Shown: positions 45,342 through 57,451 of the stretch, piece by piece | Layout: every line of letters begins with the position of its first letter | How positions within the stretch are numbered: the first letter of the stretch is position 1 | NCBI RefSeq assembly: GCF_000143415.4 | Contig: NW_003314285.1 | Coordinates: 1-64,000, forward strand | Direction of reading: 5' to 3' | DNA from: Selaginella moellendorffii | Taxonomy: Eukaryota > Plantae > Lycopodiophyta | Length of the DNA stretch: 64,000 nucleotides | Translations under genes and position numbers: made by a program | Notes under the pieces: generated by a model | Seen by the model: only the letters and a program-made list of their open reading frames with translations | Told to the model about the DNA's origin: nothing | Database searches by the model: none

Positions 45342-48300
45342 TCACTGCAGTGGAGCGTACACCGAGTAGCAATCCGGAGGAACCAAGACGTGATGGTGGA
45401 GAGGATATCGGCCCTGCGCAGCCGACACCTCCGGCCCAGCTCCGCCAGAGTAGCTCACGCTGCTGACGCTCATCGAGCGAGAGATCGGCCAAAAGCGACC
45501 ATTCGCATCGCTCTGGAGAGAAGCCAGCGGCGTGTGTGCGTAGCTTCCCATCATCTGTGCGCTTTCCATCCTGCGCTGCTGCTGCTGTTGCTGCTGGTGA
45601 TGCTGCTGCTGTTGGTGTTGCTGCTGCTGTTGGTGTTGCTGCTGCTGTTGGTGTTGCTGCTGCTTGGCACTGCTTCCATCGCCAGGCAAGCTGTAGTCTC
45701 CGCCTCTCCCACCGGGATGATGCAGGATCGCGCTCAGCGTCCTTCCCAAGTTCTTGTCCTCGTCCAGGAGATCGTTGATGATGTCCAGGTGCGGGAAATC
45801 CTCCGAGAGGCTGCTGAAGAATGGCGGCGGGGGCGGAGGCTGCCTCGCGGGTGACAGCATCTCCGCGCCTGATGGACTGCCTTGGTTGTCGGAGCTCTGG
45901 TCTTCGGAGTGCCCGGCGTCGTCGCTCGAACTTTGCTGCTGCTGCGGCGGGTGGTGCTCGCTGTGGAGGACTTCCTGTGTTACCGTCCCAAATGTTATCG
46001 CTATCGAGTCATCCTGCCCGTTTTGCTGCTGCTGCTGCTGCTGCTGTTGCTGGCTGCCACCACCTTTGTGAGGAGGTTTATCGTTGCTACTTGCATCTGG
46101 CATCGTTGCCACTTGGACCTCTTCCGCTCTTCCAGACTGCTCGTAAACAGGAGGTAGCTTCGACGCACTACCGCTCGTCGTCGACGTTGTTGTTGTTATT
46201 ACTGTTGCCGAGGACGACGAGGCAGCGGCGGCGGCAGCAGCAGCGTAAGGCCGAGCAAACCCGCCATTGCTCACCAAGCCGCTACTCTGCGCGCTGTGTC
46301 CTCCAATATCGGCTCCTGGGCTGTGCAGCCTCCCCACAGCAGCATTTCTGTACGACACTGGTAGACCAGCCTGCTTCGGGGTGTCGATGATACCGGACGC
46401 TTCACCACCACCGCTCAGCCTGCCAGCGGCACTCATTGAGCGAGAGAGAGGCGGCGGAATCGGCTGCAAAGGAAACGGCATGGAGTGCCGAGGTCCATTT
46501 GCAATCATTGGCGCAGTCCCTGGTCTCGAAAAAGCTGGCATTGCGGACGCCGTCATACCAGGCCGTGGATCGTCGTCGGACTTGTGCTTCATAGCGTTGG
46601 AAGAGTCACTCCTGCCTTTTGAGTGATGCCCGTTCTCAGTAGCATGATAAGAACCATTTGTAGTCGCCCTGCTCGACTTTAACTGTCGATTGTCACCTTT
46701 CGGTAGTCTTCCCTTCGGCACTGAATCCCCATCAGGCGGCATGCTATCGCTTCTGTTGCTGGAGGCCTCGGAACTAAATCTACAATCTGGAACATCCCCC
46801 GATCGATTCCTGTGGCTTCTTGTTTGATCACCTGCTTTGTGCTGGGCGTAGCTAAGCTGTTCGTGAAGCAAAACAACTTCGTCCTCCTGCAAACGCCAAA
46901 GCTTTAACGCTAAACGCTCTAGAAAAAAATTTACCTTTTCTTGTAGACGTTTTTCAAGCCAACGCACTCTTTCCTTGAGAGAAAGAATAACAGCCTCCGA
47001 ATCTATACCTCCTGGACTGCAACTACTGCTCGTCTCGCCAGTGCTTCGAGCGTCTGCAGTTCGGAGAACTGCATCGCCTTCAAGAAGCCTACCATCGCTG
47101 TCAAAACCATCAACAGCAGCCCTGCTCCTGCCCCTGTCACCGCATTGTGTAAACAGCTGAAACGAGGAAGTACGAACAAGTACCTTAGGAAACCGTGTTC
47201 GGAGATGTGCGTCCTTGAACCGAACAAATTGCTACTCGGCGGTCTCACCGATGGTAGAGAGTCCGACGAGCAAGTGGAGGAGCTGTCGTCCAAAGCCGAG
47301 GGTACTCTTTTACTCTGCCCGCTGGCTTCGTCAGTTAAAGAACCACTGAAACTTGCTTCCATTTCCTGGTTCACGAATGATGCGTCTCGTTCCCATGTCG
47401 CATGTTCTAAATCATCCGCTGTTCCAAAGGTTCCCACAATGCTATCCAGACCACTATCACCTTCCTCATCTACAGTCTCGCCCATCAAAATCGACGAGAG
47501 GTCGACATCCGTTAGCAGAATTTTCTTCGTGACAAGCCTACTGCTTGTTAGATCTTGCTCCAGGCGCTTTTCAGAAGGATCTTTGTCTTTTCCTTTACGA
47601 TCTTTCCTTCTTTGTTTAGCCTGTAAGAACAAAGAAGGATAAAGTTATATAGATTAGAGTAGAGTTTACCTGTTTCTTCTTAGTACGTTTCTCCCGTTCA
47701 GCTGCCTCGCGCTTTGCTTTAAGCTCATTTTCAGCCTGACCGGCAGCTTCTTCTTCACGAATAAGCTCTTCTTGACGTTTTAACGCCACAGCTTCTCTGT
47801 ACGCCACTTCTATCCGATTGCTGCGACGGAATGACCAACGTTACATTGAAAGTATAATAAAAAGAGAAATACCTGAATAAATGAGCTAGCACGAACATTT
47901 CGACAGTCCGCCTGCCAAGCTCTGTAAGCCTCCGTTCGTCACGTTCAACGAACTCCTTCCCAAATTCATCTCCAGACGCTCCATCCTGATAAAAGCATAA
48001 AATGGTGAAGTTCAATCGAATACCATATTGTCTATACCTTCGTCCGGTTTTGAGGCCCCTTATCATCTTTGTAGGAAGGCAATGGCTCTAGTACGACCCG
48101 CTCCAAGAGCGAAAGTATATCGCCAGCAAGTACAAAAAAATCCTTCTCCATCCAGACAACAGGTGTAAATGAATCATATCCTGCGTCTAATTTATGGTTC
48201 TTGTTCTTTTTCTGACGATCCAAAGCCTTACAGCCACTGTATAATGCATCCATGACCAGCGTTGAAGTGACCTCCTTCTCGTTGAAAAAGCGCTTAACCA

Positions 48301-49615
48301 CGGCCTTGAAGATAATATCTGTCTTTTCTCTAGCAAGCCGTCGGCGTGCATTGTCTTCGACAGCCGACCAGAAAGCTCGGAAACTGGCAAGCACAGTAAG
48401 GAGTTACTAAGCAGATATATGGTTACTTCCGCCATACCTTGACCAGCAAAGAGTATCCTCTATTACTTTACCAAGTTTCTCTCTCTTCTCTTCCACAAAG
48501 CGTCGGCAAATACCCTCAACGTTTGTTATGTACACGCGGACCAGCTCTCGCCTATACTGACAATCGAGACAGCGGAAAGGCTGAAGAGGATTCTCCCTGT
48601 CAAAATTCCAACAAACAATAAGATACTAGGATCTTTTAGACAGCCAAACCTGATAACTTGCACTTGGGCCTTGATAACCAACGTATCGCCGACCGTGAAA
48701 CCATCCGCAACTTTAGAAAGTTCCATAAATTTCTTCCAACCCCAGTCATGCTCCTTCTTGCAGAAACGATGTAAAGTATCTGCTTGTACAAAGTACACTT
48801 AGCGCCTATTCTACATAGATAAAAGTTTGCAGCACCTGAATACTTAGACTTCTTTGGATCTTTGTTGACCACGGCTATAGTAAACTGCGCAAAATGACTC
48901 CATCCTTCAGAAAACACAAGACGAAGACAAGGTATGACAACCGTTAAAACTCAAAAGAGAAATCGAGTCTACTACCTGGTAGAAGCTTGTCATAATCTGC
49001 AACACACAGGAAAAGCGAAAGGTGATTGCAAACATCACATCCCTGAGGATACACTAAAATATACCTGAGAAGAAACGCTGAAGCCGTTAGAACAGCTTAA
49101 AGAGACAGGAGGAGAATGTTAGACGTGTTTGCTCACCACTTGTAGCCTCCGACTTCGAACACATTGCTCCGAAGTTCCCTCTTGCTTATCTCGGAGAAAT
49201 TCTCGATCTTCCAGGTGAATTTTCCGTAAAGGTCCGAGGGCTTGGGTCCTGTAAAACAACAAAGAAAAAATGAACAAGAAAAAAGAAAGAAAAAATCCCA
49301 CGACGAAGATGAAGAAATGATAAGAAAATGCGCTACCAGCACAATGAGGAATTCCAATCATCGGCCACACACAAACCCTATTGCAGGAATCGAGCAGTCA
49401 CCTGGCAGCGTGGAGAGCGCCGACGATTTATCCTCGTCGGAATCACAATAGCCTGGAGATGTGGATGGAACTGACGGCTCCAACTGCTCGCGCGACCTCC
49501 ATTCCGCGACAGCATCCGCGAGATGGAACCTGTTACCTCCGGACGACGCCGCTGGAGCAGCGCACGCCAATGCCGCATCGTCCCCGCTCGCATTGCCCTG
49601 CCCTGCGCACGCCAT
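45342..49615 (-). CDS. MATH/TRAF-domain protein (TRAF1/MUSE13-14-like), multi-exon
   Basis: GPKPSDLYGKFTWKIENFSEISKRELRSNVFEVGGYKW; GWSHFAQFTIAVVNKDPKKSKYSDTLHRFCKKEHDWGWKKFMEL; AYREAVALKRQEELIREEE; C-terminal DFPHLDIINDLLDED; polyQ tracts. Confidence 0.93.
45574..45664 (-). repeat. Coding 18-bp tandem repeat / polyQH tract in the MATH last exon
   Basis: (TGCTGCTGCTGTTGGTGT)x3 plus flanking CTG runs on the plus strand, encoding QQQHQQ units. Confidence 0.85.
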
Positions 49616-49745
49616 GCCGGGCAACGCAGAAATAACCCTAGCGCTGGGCGGATTAGGGCAAACGCAAATAATCCCCTTAAGCCTATACTTTCTGGTTTTA
49701 GGGCAAAATAGAATTAGGGTTCTTGGATCCATATGGCCGTAGCAG

Positions 49746-51737
49746 ATGAAAATTGGTGTGCGCCGCCGATCTTACCACTCCACCGCCGCTCTGCAGGGCT
49801 TCCGCCGGCTGATCCGCCCCCCCATTGACATCTCCAAGGTCGTCTCCTCCAGGGACTCGCCCCTCTCGTTTGTCTCCACGAATTGGCAGCGCGAGGGCGA
49901 CGAGAATCACAGCCGATGGGTCAGCCGCGACGATGGCAGCATCGTCAAGCTCCAATCCCTCGCCAGGAGGGACATCGATCTCCTGGACGACGCCGACACG
50001 CAGGATCCCAGCGTCTACATCGCTCTCTTGAGGGAATGCGGGTGCTCGCGCGCCCTCGCAGATGGGAAGAAGGTCCACGCCCATCTGTCCAGGGGCGGCC
50101 TCCACAGGGATCCGTACGTGGCCAATTTTTTGATCCAGATGTACGGCAGGTGCGAGAGCATGCGCGACGCCGAGGATGTGCTTCGATCGTTGCCCTGTCC
50201 AAACGTTATCTCCTGGAACATCATGATCACAGCATATGCCCGGAATGGGCATCTTGCAAAAGCAAAGAACACATTCGATGCTATGCTTGATCGGACGGTC
50301 GTTTCGTGGAATAGTATGATCACTGCGTATGCCCAAGACGGGCATGCTGGGGAATCTAAGAGGATTTTCGAAAGAATGCCTTTCTGGGCTGAAGTGTCGT
50401 GGACTACTGTCATGACAGCATATGCCCAAGATGGGGATTTGCTAGAAGCGATGAGTTTCTTTCAGCGAATGCCACACAGGGATGTGGTCGCCTGGACGAC
50501 CATGATACGAGCTCATGCTCTTAAGGGCCTTTACAGGGATGCGCTGGTTTTGTTTCGGAGGATGAACAGCGAGGGACTCAGACCGGACAAAGTTACGCTG
50601 CTCACGATTCTTGAGTCGTGTGACAGTCGGCTGGATGGAGCGGGGATTCACGCTTGCATCGCCGAGCTTGGGTTACAAACCGATGTAGCGGTAGGGACAG
50701 CGCTCATCAACATGTATGGGAGGTGTGGGTGCTTAGAGACTGCTCGGAGTATATTTGTGAAGATCGAAGAGAAGGATGTGGTGGCCTGGACCGCGATGCT
50801 CAATGCTTACGCTGATAACGGGCACTTGAGGATCGCGGAGCTTATGCTGGAGAGGATGCCGCTCAAGAACTCGGTGTCTTTCAACGTGGTGATCACTGCT
50901 TTTGCTCGAAACGGCTACTTGTCCGAGGCCAGGGAGATATTTGACAGGGTGACGGACAGGGACGCTGTGACTTGGACGACTTTGATCACGGCGTATGCTC
51001 AGCAGGGCCAGTGTAAGAAATCTCTCGAGCTCTTTCGGCTGATGGTGGTGGAGGGAGAACTTATGGATAGAATCACGCTGGTGTCGATGCTCCACGTCTG
51101 TGCGGTTCTAGCGGTTTCGAGTGTTGGAGTGGCGATTCATGACTTTGTAGTCGGTGCAAAGATGGCGATCGATGCTACTCTCGGCACTGCTCTCATGAAC
51201 ATGTATGGAAAGTGTGGAAGCATTGAGCGAGCTCGCAGCCAGTTCGATTCAACCCAGCAGAAAGACATCGTTTTCTGGAACTCCATGATCGCGCTCTACG
51301 GTCAGAATGGTCACGGGAGAGAAGCTCTAGACCTTTTCAGAGACATGGTTCACGATGGCATGGAGTGTAGCGACACAACATTAGGGAGTGTTCTCTCCGC
51401 GTGCAGCCACTCCGGCCTACAGAGACAGGGCCGAGATTTTTTCCTGGCAGTGGAGCAAGACTATGGAGTTTCTCCCACGATCGAGCACTACATTTGCATC
51501 ATCGATCTTCTGGCGAGAGGTGGACGAGCGTCGGCTGCTCGCGAGCTGATTGACAGCATGCCCTTTGAGCCTCATGCTGCGGCTTGGACGACGTTTCTAG
51601 CCGCCTGTAAAGCTCAAGGCAAAGCCGGGGAAGCAGCAGTAAAGACCTCAGTGGAAGAGCTCTCCAGCAAAGTTGGAGACGTTTTTCTTCTCGTTGGCGA
51701 TTCCAGTACAAGTGCTGCTGCCGTCGCTGCTGGATGA
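49746..51737 (+). CDS. PLS-class PPR protein with truncated E domain; Arg/Ser-rich N-terminus suggests organelle targeting
   Basis: MKIGVRRRSYHSTAALQGFRR; PPR repeats; LSACSHSG and IIDLLARGGR. Confidence 0.92.
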   Translation: MKIGVRRRSYHSTAALQGFRRLIRPPIDISKVVSSRDSPLSFVSTNWQREGDENHSRWVSRDDGSIVKLQSLARRDIDLLDDADTQDPSVYIALLRECGCSRALADGKKVHAHLSRGGLHRDPYVANFLIQMYGRCESMRDAEDVLRSLPCPNVISWNIMITAYARNGHLAKAKNTFDAMLDRTVVSWNSMITAYAQDGHAGESKRIFERMPFWAEVSWTTVMTAYAQDGDLLEAMSFFQRMPHRDVVAWTTMIRAHALKGLYRDALVLFRRMNSEGLRPDKVTLLTILESCDSRLDGAGIHACIAELGLQTDVAVGTALINMYGRCGCLETARSIFVKIEEKDVVAWTAMLNAYADNGHLRIAELMLERMPLKNSVSFNVVITAFARNGYLSEAREIFDRVTDRDAVTWTTLITAYAQQGQCKKSLELFRLMVVEGELMDRITLVSMLHVCAVLAVSSVGVAIHDFVVGAKMAIDATLGTALMNMYGKCGSIERARSQFDSTQQKDIVFWNSMIALYGQNGHGREALDLFRDMVHDGMECSDTTLGSVLSACSHSGLQRQGRDFFLAVEQDYGVSPTIEHYICIIDLLARGGRASAARELIDSMPFEPHAAAWTTFLAACKAQGKAGEAAVKTSVEELSSKVGDVFLLVGDSSTSAAAVAAG

Positions 51738-51785
51738 TTCTCGAAAGCGGGGAAGAAACCACCGTTTGAGTTTTGAAACTCTCAA

Positions 51786-54392
51786 CTATCCAGCAAACGC
51801 GAGTTCTACGTCGTCTTCTACTTCTACTGCTGGACGACGAGTTTGATCACGCAGCTTGTAGATCGAAGACAGTAGCGCATATGGTGCCGAGTTCTCGGGA
51901 TCCAACTTGAACGCTTGATGTGCCGCTCGTCCTCCCCTCTCGGGGTCCTTGTGCTCTCGACACGCTCCCAGCAATGACGTCCACACCAGCGCCTCGGGCT
52001 CAAACGGCATGCCAAGTATCAAGTCCTCTGCGTCTCTCAGCCTGCCTGCCCGGGAGAGAATATCAACCATGCAGACGTAGTGATCCACTGCGGGCTCAAG
52101 GCCAAAGTCTCCAGCCATGGACACGAAGCAACTCCAGCCATCTCCCGTCAAGCCGGCGTGGCTGGAAGCCGCGAGAACATTGACGAAAGTGCTCGAGTTT
52201 GGCTTGAGGCCGTCGAGAACCATGAGATGGAACTGCCCGAGAACGCTCGTCGCCAATCCATTCTGGCTGTAGGAGCTGAGGAGAGCGTTCCACGGCTCGA
52301 CGTACTGCCGCAGCATCGCATCAAAGAAGGATTTTGCGTGCTGGATGCTCCCACACCTTCCATACATGCTGACGATGGCGGTGCTGAGGACCGAGTCGGC
52401 TCTAAGCCCGGTGCTCATGATCTCGGCGTGGACCATCTTGGCCTTGAATTTGCTCGCGAGCAAGCAGCAAACTTCGCAAACGTGGAGGAAAGTCACTCGG
52501 TTCGGCCGCACTCCATCCAAGTCCATCTCTTGGAAGAACTTGAAAGCTTCCGCTGGGCAGCCGGCTTGCAAGTAGGCCTTGATCATCCCCGTCCAAGTCA
52601 CTACGTCCTTCCGCTGCGTCACTCGATCGAACAGAGACTGCGCGTCGAAGATCGATCCACACTGGGCGTAGGCGGTGATCATCGCGTTCCAGCAAGCCAG
52701 CGACGGTCTCGCCAGTCCATCAAACATCTTCTTTGCTTCGTCAAGGAAGCCATTCTGCGCGAGTGCCGCGAGCATCGCGTTCGTGGCCACCATGTCCGGA
52801 TCGACCATCCTCTCGAACAGCGATTTCGCTTCAGGAACGCTGCCACACTTTCCATAGAGGTTGACGAGAGTGCTGGGGATGAGCATACCGGACTGGCACT
52901 TACAGTCGAGCACGCACTGGTGGAGGATCCTGGCCAGCGTCAAGTCGCCCAAGTTGGAGCAAGCCTCGAGAGCTGCGAGAAAGGTGGTGCGGTTGGGACG
53001 AACGCCCTCCATGTCCATGACTCGAAACAGCTGAATCGCCTCGCCGTGCTGCCAGTTTTGAGTGTGCGCGTTGATAAGCGCGGTCCAGGCAACCACGTCT
53101 CGATCGGTCATGGTGTCAAAGAGAGATTTTGCGTCGTGGAGATAGCCGTTTCGAGCGTAGCCCACGATGATGGCAGTCATGGAAACTCGGTTCCTTTGCG
53201 GCATTCGAGAGTAGCAAGCCAGAGCTTCATGGAGATGGCCGTTCTCGGAGTAAGCCGTCACCATTGCCGTCCAAGAGACGACGTTCCACTGGGGCATGAG
53301 ATGGAAGATCTCGCGAGCTTTGGCGATGTCAGCGTTGTGTCCGCCAAAGGCTGTGATCAGAGCCGTCCAAGCAACCACGTCCCGAGAGACCATGCTGTGG
53401 AAGAGGTGCATCACTTGCTCCAAGTCCCCCCACTTTCCGTGCATTGTGAGGAGTGCCGTGGCCATGGCGGTGTCGTCCTCGAGCCGGAGCTCGGTGAGCT
53501 TGGAGTGGATGTTCCTTCCGAGCTTCTCCAGCGAGAATTGCGAGCACGGGTCGAGCATGTTGAGGAAAGTCGATCGCTCGGGACGGATGCCTTCCAGATC
53601 CATCCTCTGGAAGCACGCGCAAGCCTCGGTGATCCTGTCCAGCTTCAAGTATCCACAGATTAGAGTGTTCCACAGACCAACATCGCCATGAGAGGCCGTC
53701 TCCTCGAAGAGTTGTCGCGCTTCTTCAATATGCCCGTTTGCGGCAAATGCTGAAACCATGGCTGTTCTTGCGGCTACGTTTTTATCCGGCATTCGATCGT
53801 AGAAAGACTTTGCTTCGTTCAAGATGCCTACTTTTCCGTATCCTTGAATCAGTGCTGTCCAGTTTGCTGTGCTTGGGTCGCTAAGCATCTCAAACAATCT
53901 CCTCGCCTCGTGAAGATGCCCTGCATTGGCATACGCTGTAATCATCAAGTTCCAGGTCACTTGATCCTTTACTTCCATAGAATCAAACAATCGTTTAGCT
54001 TCGTCCATATTGCCACCTTTTACGTATGCTGTGATTATGGTATTCCACGAAGAAACACACTTATCTGGAGTACGATTAAACATCTCTCTCGCTTTCTCCA
54101 AGTACCCATTGCGGGCATATGCAGTGACTATGATATTCCACGAGAGCGATGTTTTGTCATCAATCTTTGTAAACACCTCTCTTGCCTCATGTATACAGTT
54201 GTGCTTTGCGTACATCTGCAGCAGCAAGTTTCCACATTCCTGGCCTCGATCGAGGCCACCCTCTGCCAATGCCGAGTGGATGGTCCTCCCCTCTGCCAAG
54301 TTTCTCGTTCTAGCACATCTCCGCAAGATCTCCACATAGTTGCTGGAAACATCGGCGCAAAGACCCCGAAAGGAAGACAAAGTGAACACCAT
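51786..54392 (-). CDS. PLS-class PPR protein with E domain, no DYW; intronless
   Basis: Long PPR array; LAASSHAG, MVDILSRAGRL and PENSAPYALLSSIY. First ATG at 54392. Confidence 0.92.
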   Translation of the reverse strand: MVFTLSSFRGLCADVSSNYVEILRRCARTRNLAEGRTIHSALAEGGLDRGQECGNLLLQMYAKHNCIHEAREVFTKIDDKTSLSWNIIVTAYARNGYLEKAREMFNRTPDKCVSSWNTIITAYVKGGNMDEAKRLFDSMEVKDQVTWNLMITAYANAGHLHEARRLFEMLSDPSTANWTALIQGYGKVGILNEAKSFYDRMPDKNVAARTAMVSAFAANGHIEEARQLFEETASHGDVGLWNTLICGYLKLDRITEACACFQRMDLEGIRPERSTFLNMLDPCSQFSLEKLGRNIHSKLTELRLEDDTAMATALLTMHGKWGDLEQVMHLFHSMVSRDVVAWTALITAFGGHNADIAKAREIFHLMPQWNVVSWTAMVTAYSENGHLHEALACYSRMPQRNRVSMTAIIVGYARNGYLHDAKSLFDTMTDRDVVAWTALINAHTQNWQHGEAIQLFRVMDMEGVRPNRTTFLAALEACSNLGDLTLARILHQCVLDCKCQSGMLIPSTLVNLYGKCGSVPEAKSLFERMVDPDMVATNAMLAALAQNGFLDEAKKMFDGLARPSLACWNAMITAYAQCGSIFDAQSLFDRVTQRKDVVTWTGMIKAYLQAGCPAEAFKFFQEMDLDGVRPNRVTFLHVCEVCCLLASKFKAKMVHAEIMSTGLRADSVLSTAIVSMYGRCGSIQHAKSFFDAMLRQYVEPWNALLSSYSQNGLATSVLGQFHLMVLDGLKPNSSTFVNVLAASSHAGLTGDGWSCFVSMAGDFGLEPAVDHYVCMVDILSRAGRLRDAEDLILGMPFEPEALVWTSLLGACREHKDPERGGRAAHQAFKLDPENSAPYALLSSIYKLRDQTRRPAVEVEDDVELAFAG

Positions 54393-56781
54393 CAAACATC
54401 CATAGCTCGCTCTCTTTCTTTCATAATAGACAATCAAACCAATACTATCGAGATCATCATCGTTGTGGAGCTTTCAAGCGCTCGTTCTCGCCGCCCCACT
54501 CGGCTCAGACAACGAGCTCCTCGGCCTCGTCCGCTCGACCAGATCCTCCCAGCAGATCAACTAAGCACCACAAATGACTTGGAGCGATCGTTGGGAGGAG
54601 CTCCCTCCAACATAACCTCAAAGAGCTCAGTTTTGCAAATAGTTTGTCTTCTGTATATACAAGAGTAGCAAGACATTCATTCATTTTTTACATCCATTGC
54701 TTTTATTTTCTTAAACTAGAAATCATTGTGTAAATTTCAGTTCCATAATAGCAAGCTAGTAGGGTTTAGGCTTTGGGTTAAGGTTTGTATGTATGATGTT
54801 TTATAGCATATGAGCTGAATTTTGAACACATTTTAGATGCCATATGTTAAGCTTGCCATTGCCATATATTCTTTGATGAATAATAAAAAGTGTTTTGCAA
54901 GTGAGTGGTTTCACAACTAATGAAGAAATTCTTGTATAAATAAGTGCTAAAGTGAGGGAAAGCTACAAAATAAGGGATCTTGAAGAATCTCTTTAATTGA
55001 ATCACCAGCATAGAGATTCAATGCCTTATCAACATATCTGTTCTAGATTAGGGATCTTGAGCACACAATGGAGTTTTCATATGCAACCATCTCTCATCCA
55101 GCTCTCACACCCACCATTACTAATGTAAAAGTCTTTGCAGTGATTGAGAAAGCCTTGATAGAGCTTGTAGGGTACAAGAAGATTATTTAGCAGTAGCAGC
55201 AAATGTAGGAAAATATGCTCAAAGAGCTCTGCATTTGTCAATTACAACAAGTCAAGAAGCCATAACATGCTCCATACTCTTGGTATTGCTTCCATTGTGA
55301 TGTCATGATTCATAACACGGAGAAGTGCTAGAAGTTTCATTTAGAACTACAACCATCACGTTCTCAACATATTCAGGAGCAACTATTCACTAATAATAAT
55401 GTTGCAACACAAGGGAAGGATCGCTACCAACAACAACTTGAGTAGCAAGCAATCAAGGTTACACCCTTGTCGTCTTCTAGCAAAGGGAAGGCTCCAATGG
55501 GATAAGTCAATGCCATTAGAATTGTTGAGGAGGAGTTCACAGTGACAATAGCCACAAGAGCACAAAAGAAAAAAGCAATTGTTCAAAAGGAAATTGATCA
55601 CAATCTAGCTTTTTCAGCAATCATTAATCCAACACCCAAAGTGGTATAGAAGCTCCTAATCTCATTTCTCCTACTTAGATATCCTTCACCTTCCTCTGGC
55701 AATTCCAAAGTCTTTGAGAGCACACTCTAGCAATTGATGGAGACACTTATCATCTTTTTGCTACATGAGCTTTTGTGCACAATTCTTGGCATTAGACAGT
55801 GTCTTGAGGACTTTGTGAGGCCTATTGAAACCATAGCCCCTCTCCAACAAGATGTCCACACTATTGACATTACTTCCTTTTTAGATCCAGATGCATTTTT
55901 TGCATCCATGGACTTGCAATATGATCTCTTTGGATGTGGCTATGTCTTCAAGTCTTTACAATTTTGATCCTGAAGACATTTGCAAACCACACTATCATTC
56001 CTATAGGAATTTGTTGCAATGTTTAAGTCTACATCAATAGGGTGGAATCACTTTTGGACTTTGTGGTTGTAAACTATCAAAAGCTTAACTCCACACCTTT
56101 AAAGGATTTCTTGATCCTTGGATGAGTTTGGGATGATCAAGTTCGAGGCATCAGAAGCTAGCCACTCAGCATGATAGAGATTAGCGACGGTCACTAGACT
56201 TTTTGTCTTTACAATGTCTATGGACACTCTCTATTGGGAAAGCTTTAAAGATAGCCTCTAGAACTGTGTAAGAGCCAATTGATCTCCTTCAAGCCAGAAT
56301 TCTTGATGGGTTTTCCATACTTGCTAATTATTGTCTTTCCCAAGTTGATCAAAGATCCATCACAGCCCAAGTTCGATGTGTTCCAATGCAATGCTATCCT
56401 CACAAAGGCTTCCCCAATCATCCTAGCAAAAACTCAATTTGATCAGATTGATGGCCAACTTCAAGAGTTATTGATCTTTTAAGAGGAGGCTTTTTTGACA
56501 ATGCCATTTCTTTTTGAGCATGGGCCTTATATGGAGGATCTTCCCTCAATCACATCTTGGTCTCAAGGACTTTAGCATGGCACACTAGTAAAACATGTGT
56601 ATTCCACAAAGTCCACCACCTTTGACACAAGAATAGGGATTGCGAGTAAGAACAACCCAACCTCTTTATTTGAGGAATAAGGCATGAGTGATCATGTGGT
56701 CAGTTTGGCCTCTTTATTTGAGGACCAAACTATTCCCACTTTCACAACTTTCCAAATACCATCACTTATCTATCTTTGCAT

Positions 56782-57451
56782 TGTAAGATTCAAATCCCTA
56801 AGCCTTAAAGTGGAGCTGAAAGTGTGCCACATGGCAATACTCAAAGTGAAAGTCTAACAATTGTAATATATTTGGACCAAAAAATTTAACTCAAAAAATT
56901 GAGAACAAAAGTGGAACTCTTAAAGAAGTACTTGAGGAATAAGCACAAGGCAATTGATAGGCAAGTCTGTAGGGGCTATGGGAGAGGTCTAAATGTGTAG
57001 TAGGGATAATAGGTAGGTTAGGTATAATTAACCAACCTAAGATATAGTTTAGCTCTTGCTTGTGTGCCTGTCTTTATTTTATGTCTAGCTTGGGTTTAAG
57101 CCCAAACTCCATACCATATTAGCTAGTGAAATATCTATATTTTTATGTTAGGCCATATTTGGCTCTGTTTTGCATGCTGATTTTGGCATTGGGATGCTAG
57201 ATGCTTTAGGATTGTTCTTATGTCACTTTGTGCTCCTACACCTTCACTCTTTAGGTTGTATGCTTGGGAGTTGCTCCATACTTCTATCACTTCACTCCTT
57301 GAGATATACATTCGGAAGTTGTTCCATACTTTGATTATTTCACTCTTTATCTCCATGCTTAGGAGTTTGGCTTTGTCTCTTTATTTAGTGGCCCAAGGCT
57401 TTAAAATTTGGGTTTCACTTCATTGCCCTTGGCCTATGTGTCCAAGGGTTT
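56782..57451 (+). mobile_element. Older LTR-like repeat (host copy 1), interrupted at 57452 and resuming at 59176-59270
   Basis: Starts TGTAAGATTCAAATCCCTAAGCC, similar to the solo-LTR 5' end. 56990-57450 aligns with 59630-59688 plus 60990-61390. Confidence 0.65.

Noticed and set aside
52080-53663. Long antisense ORFs over PPR genes (also 43297-43953 and 44563-45276)
   Set aside because: Expected shadows of GC-rich coding sequence.
54700-56750. Decayed coding-like sequence; likewise 61500-64000
   Set aside because: Probably TE relics, but no domain motif was recognisable.
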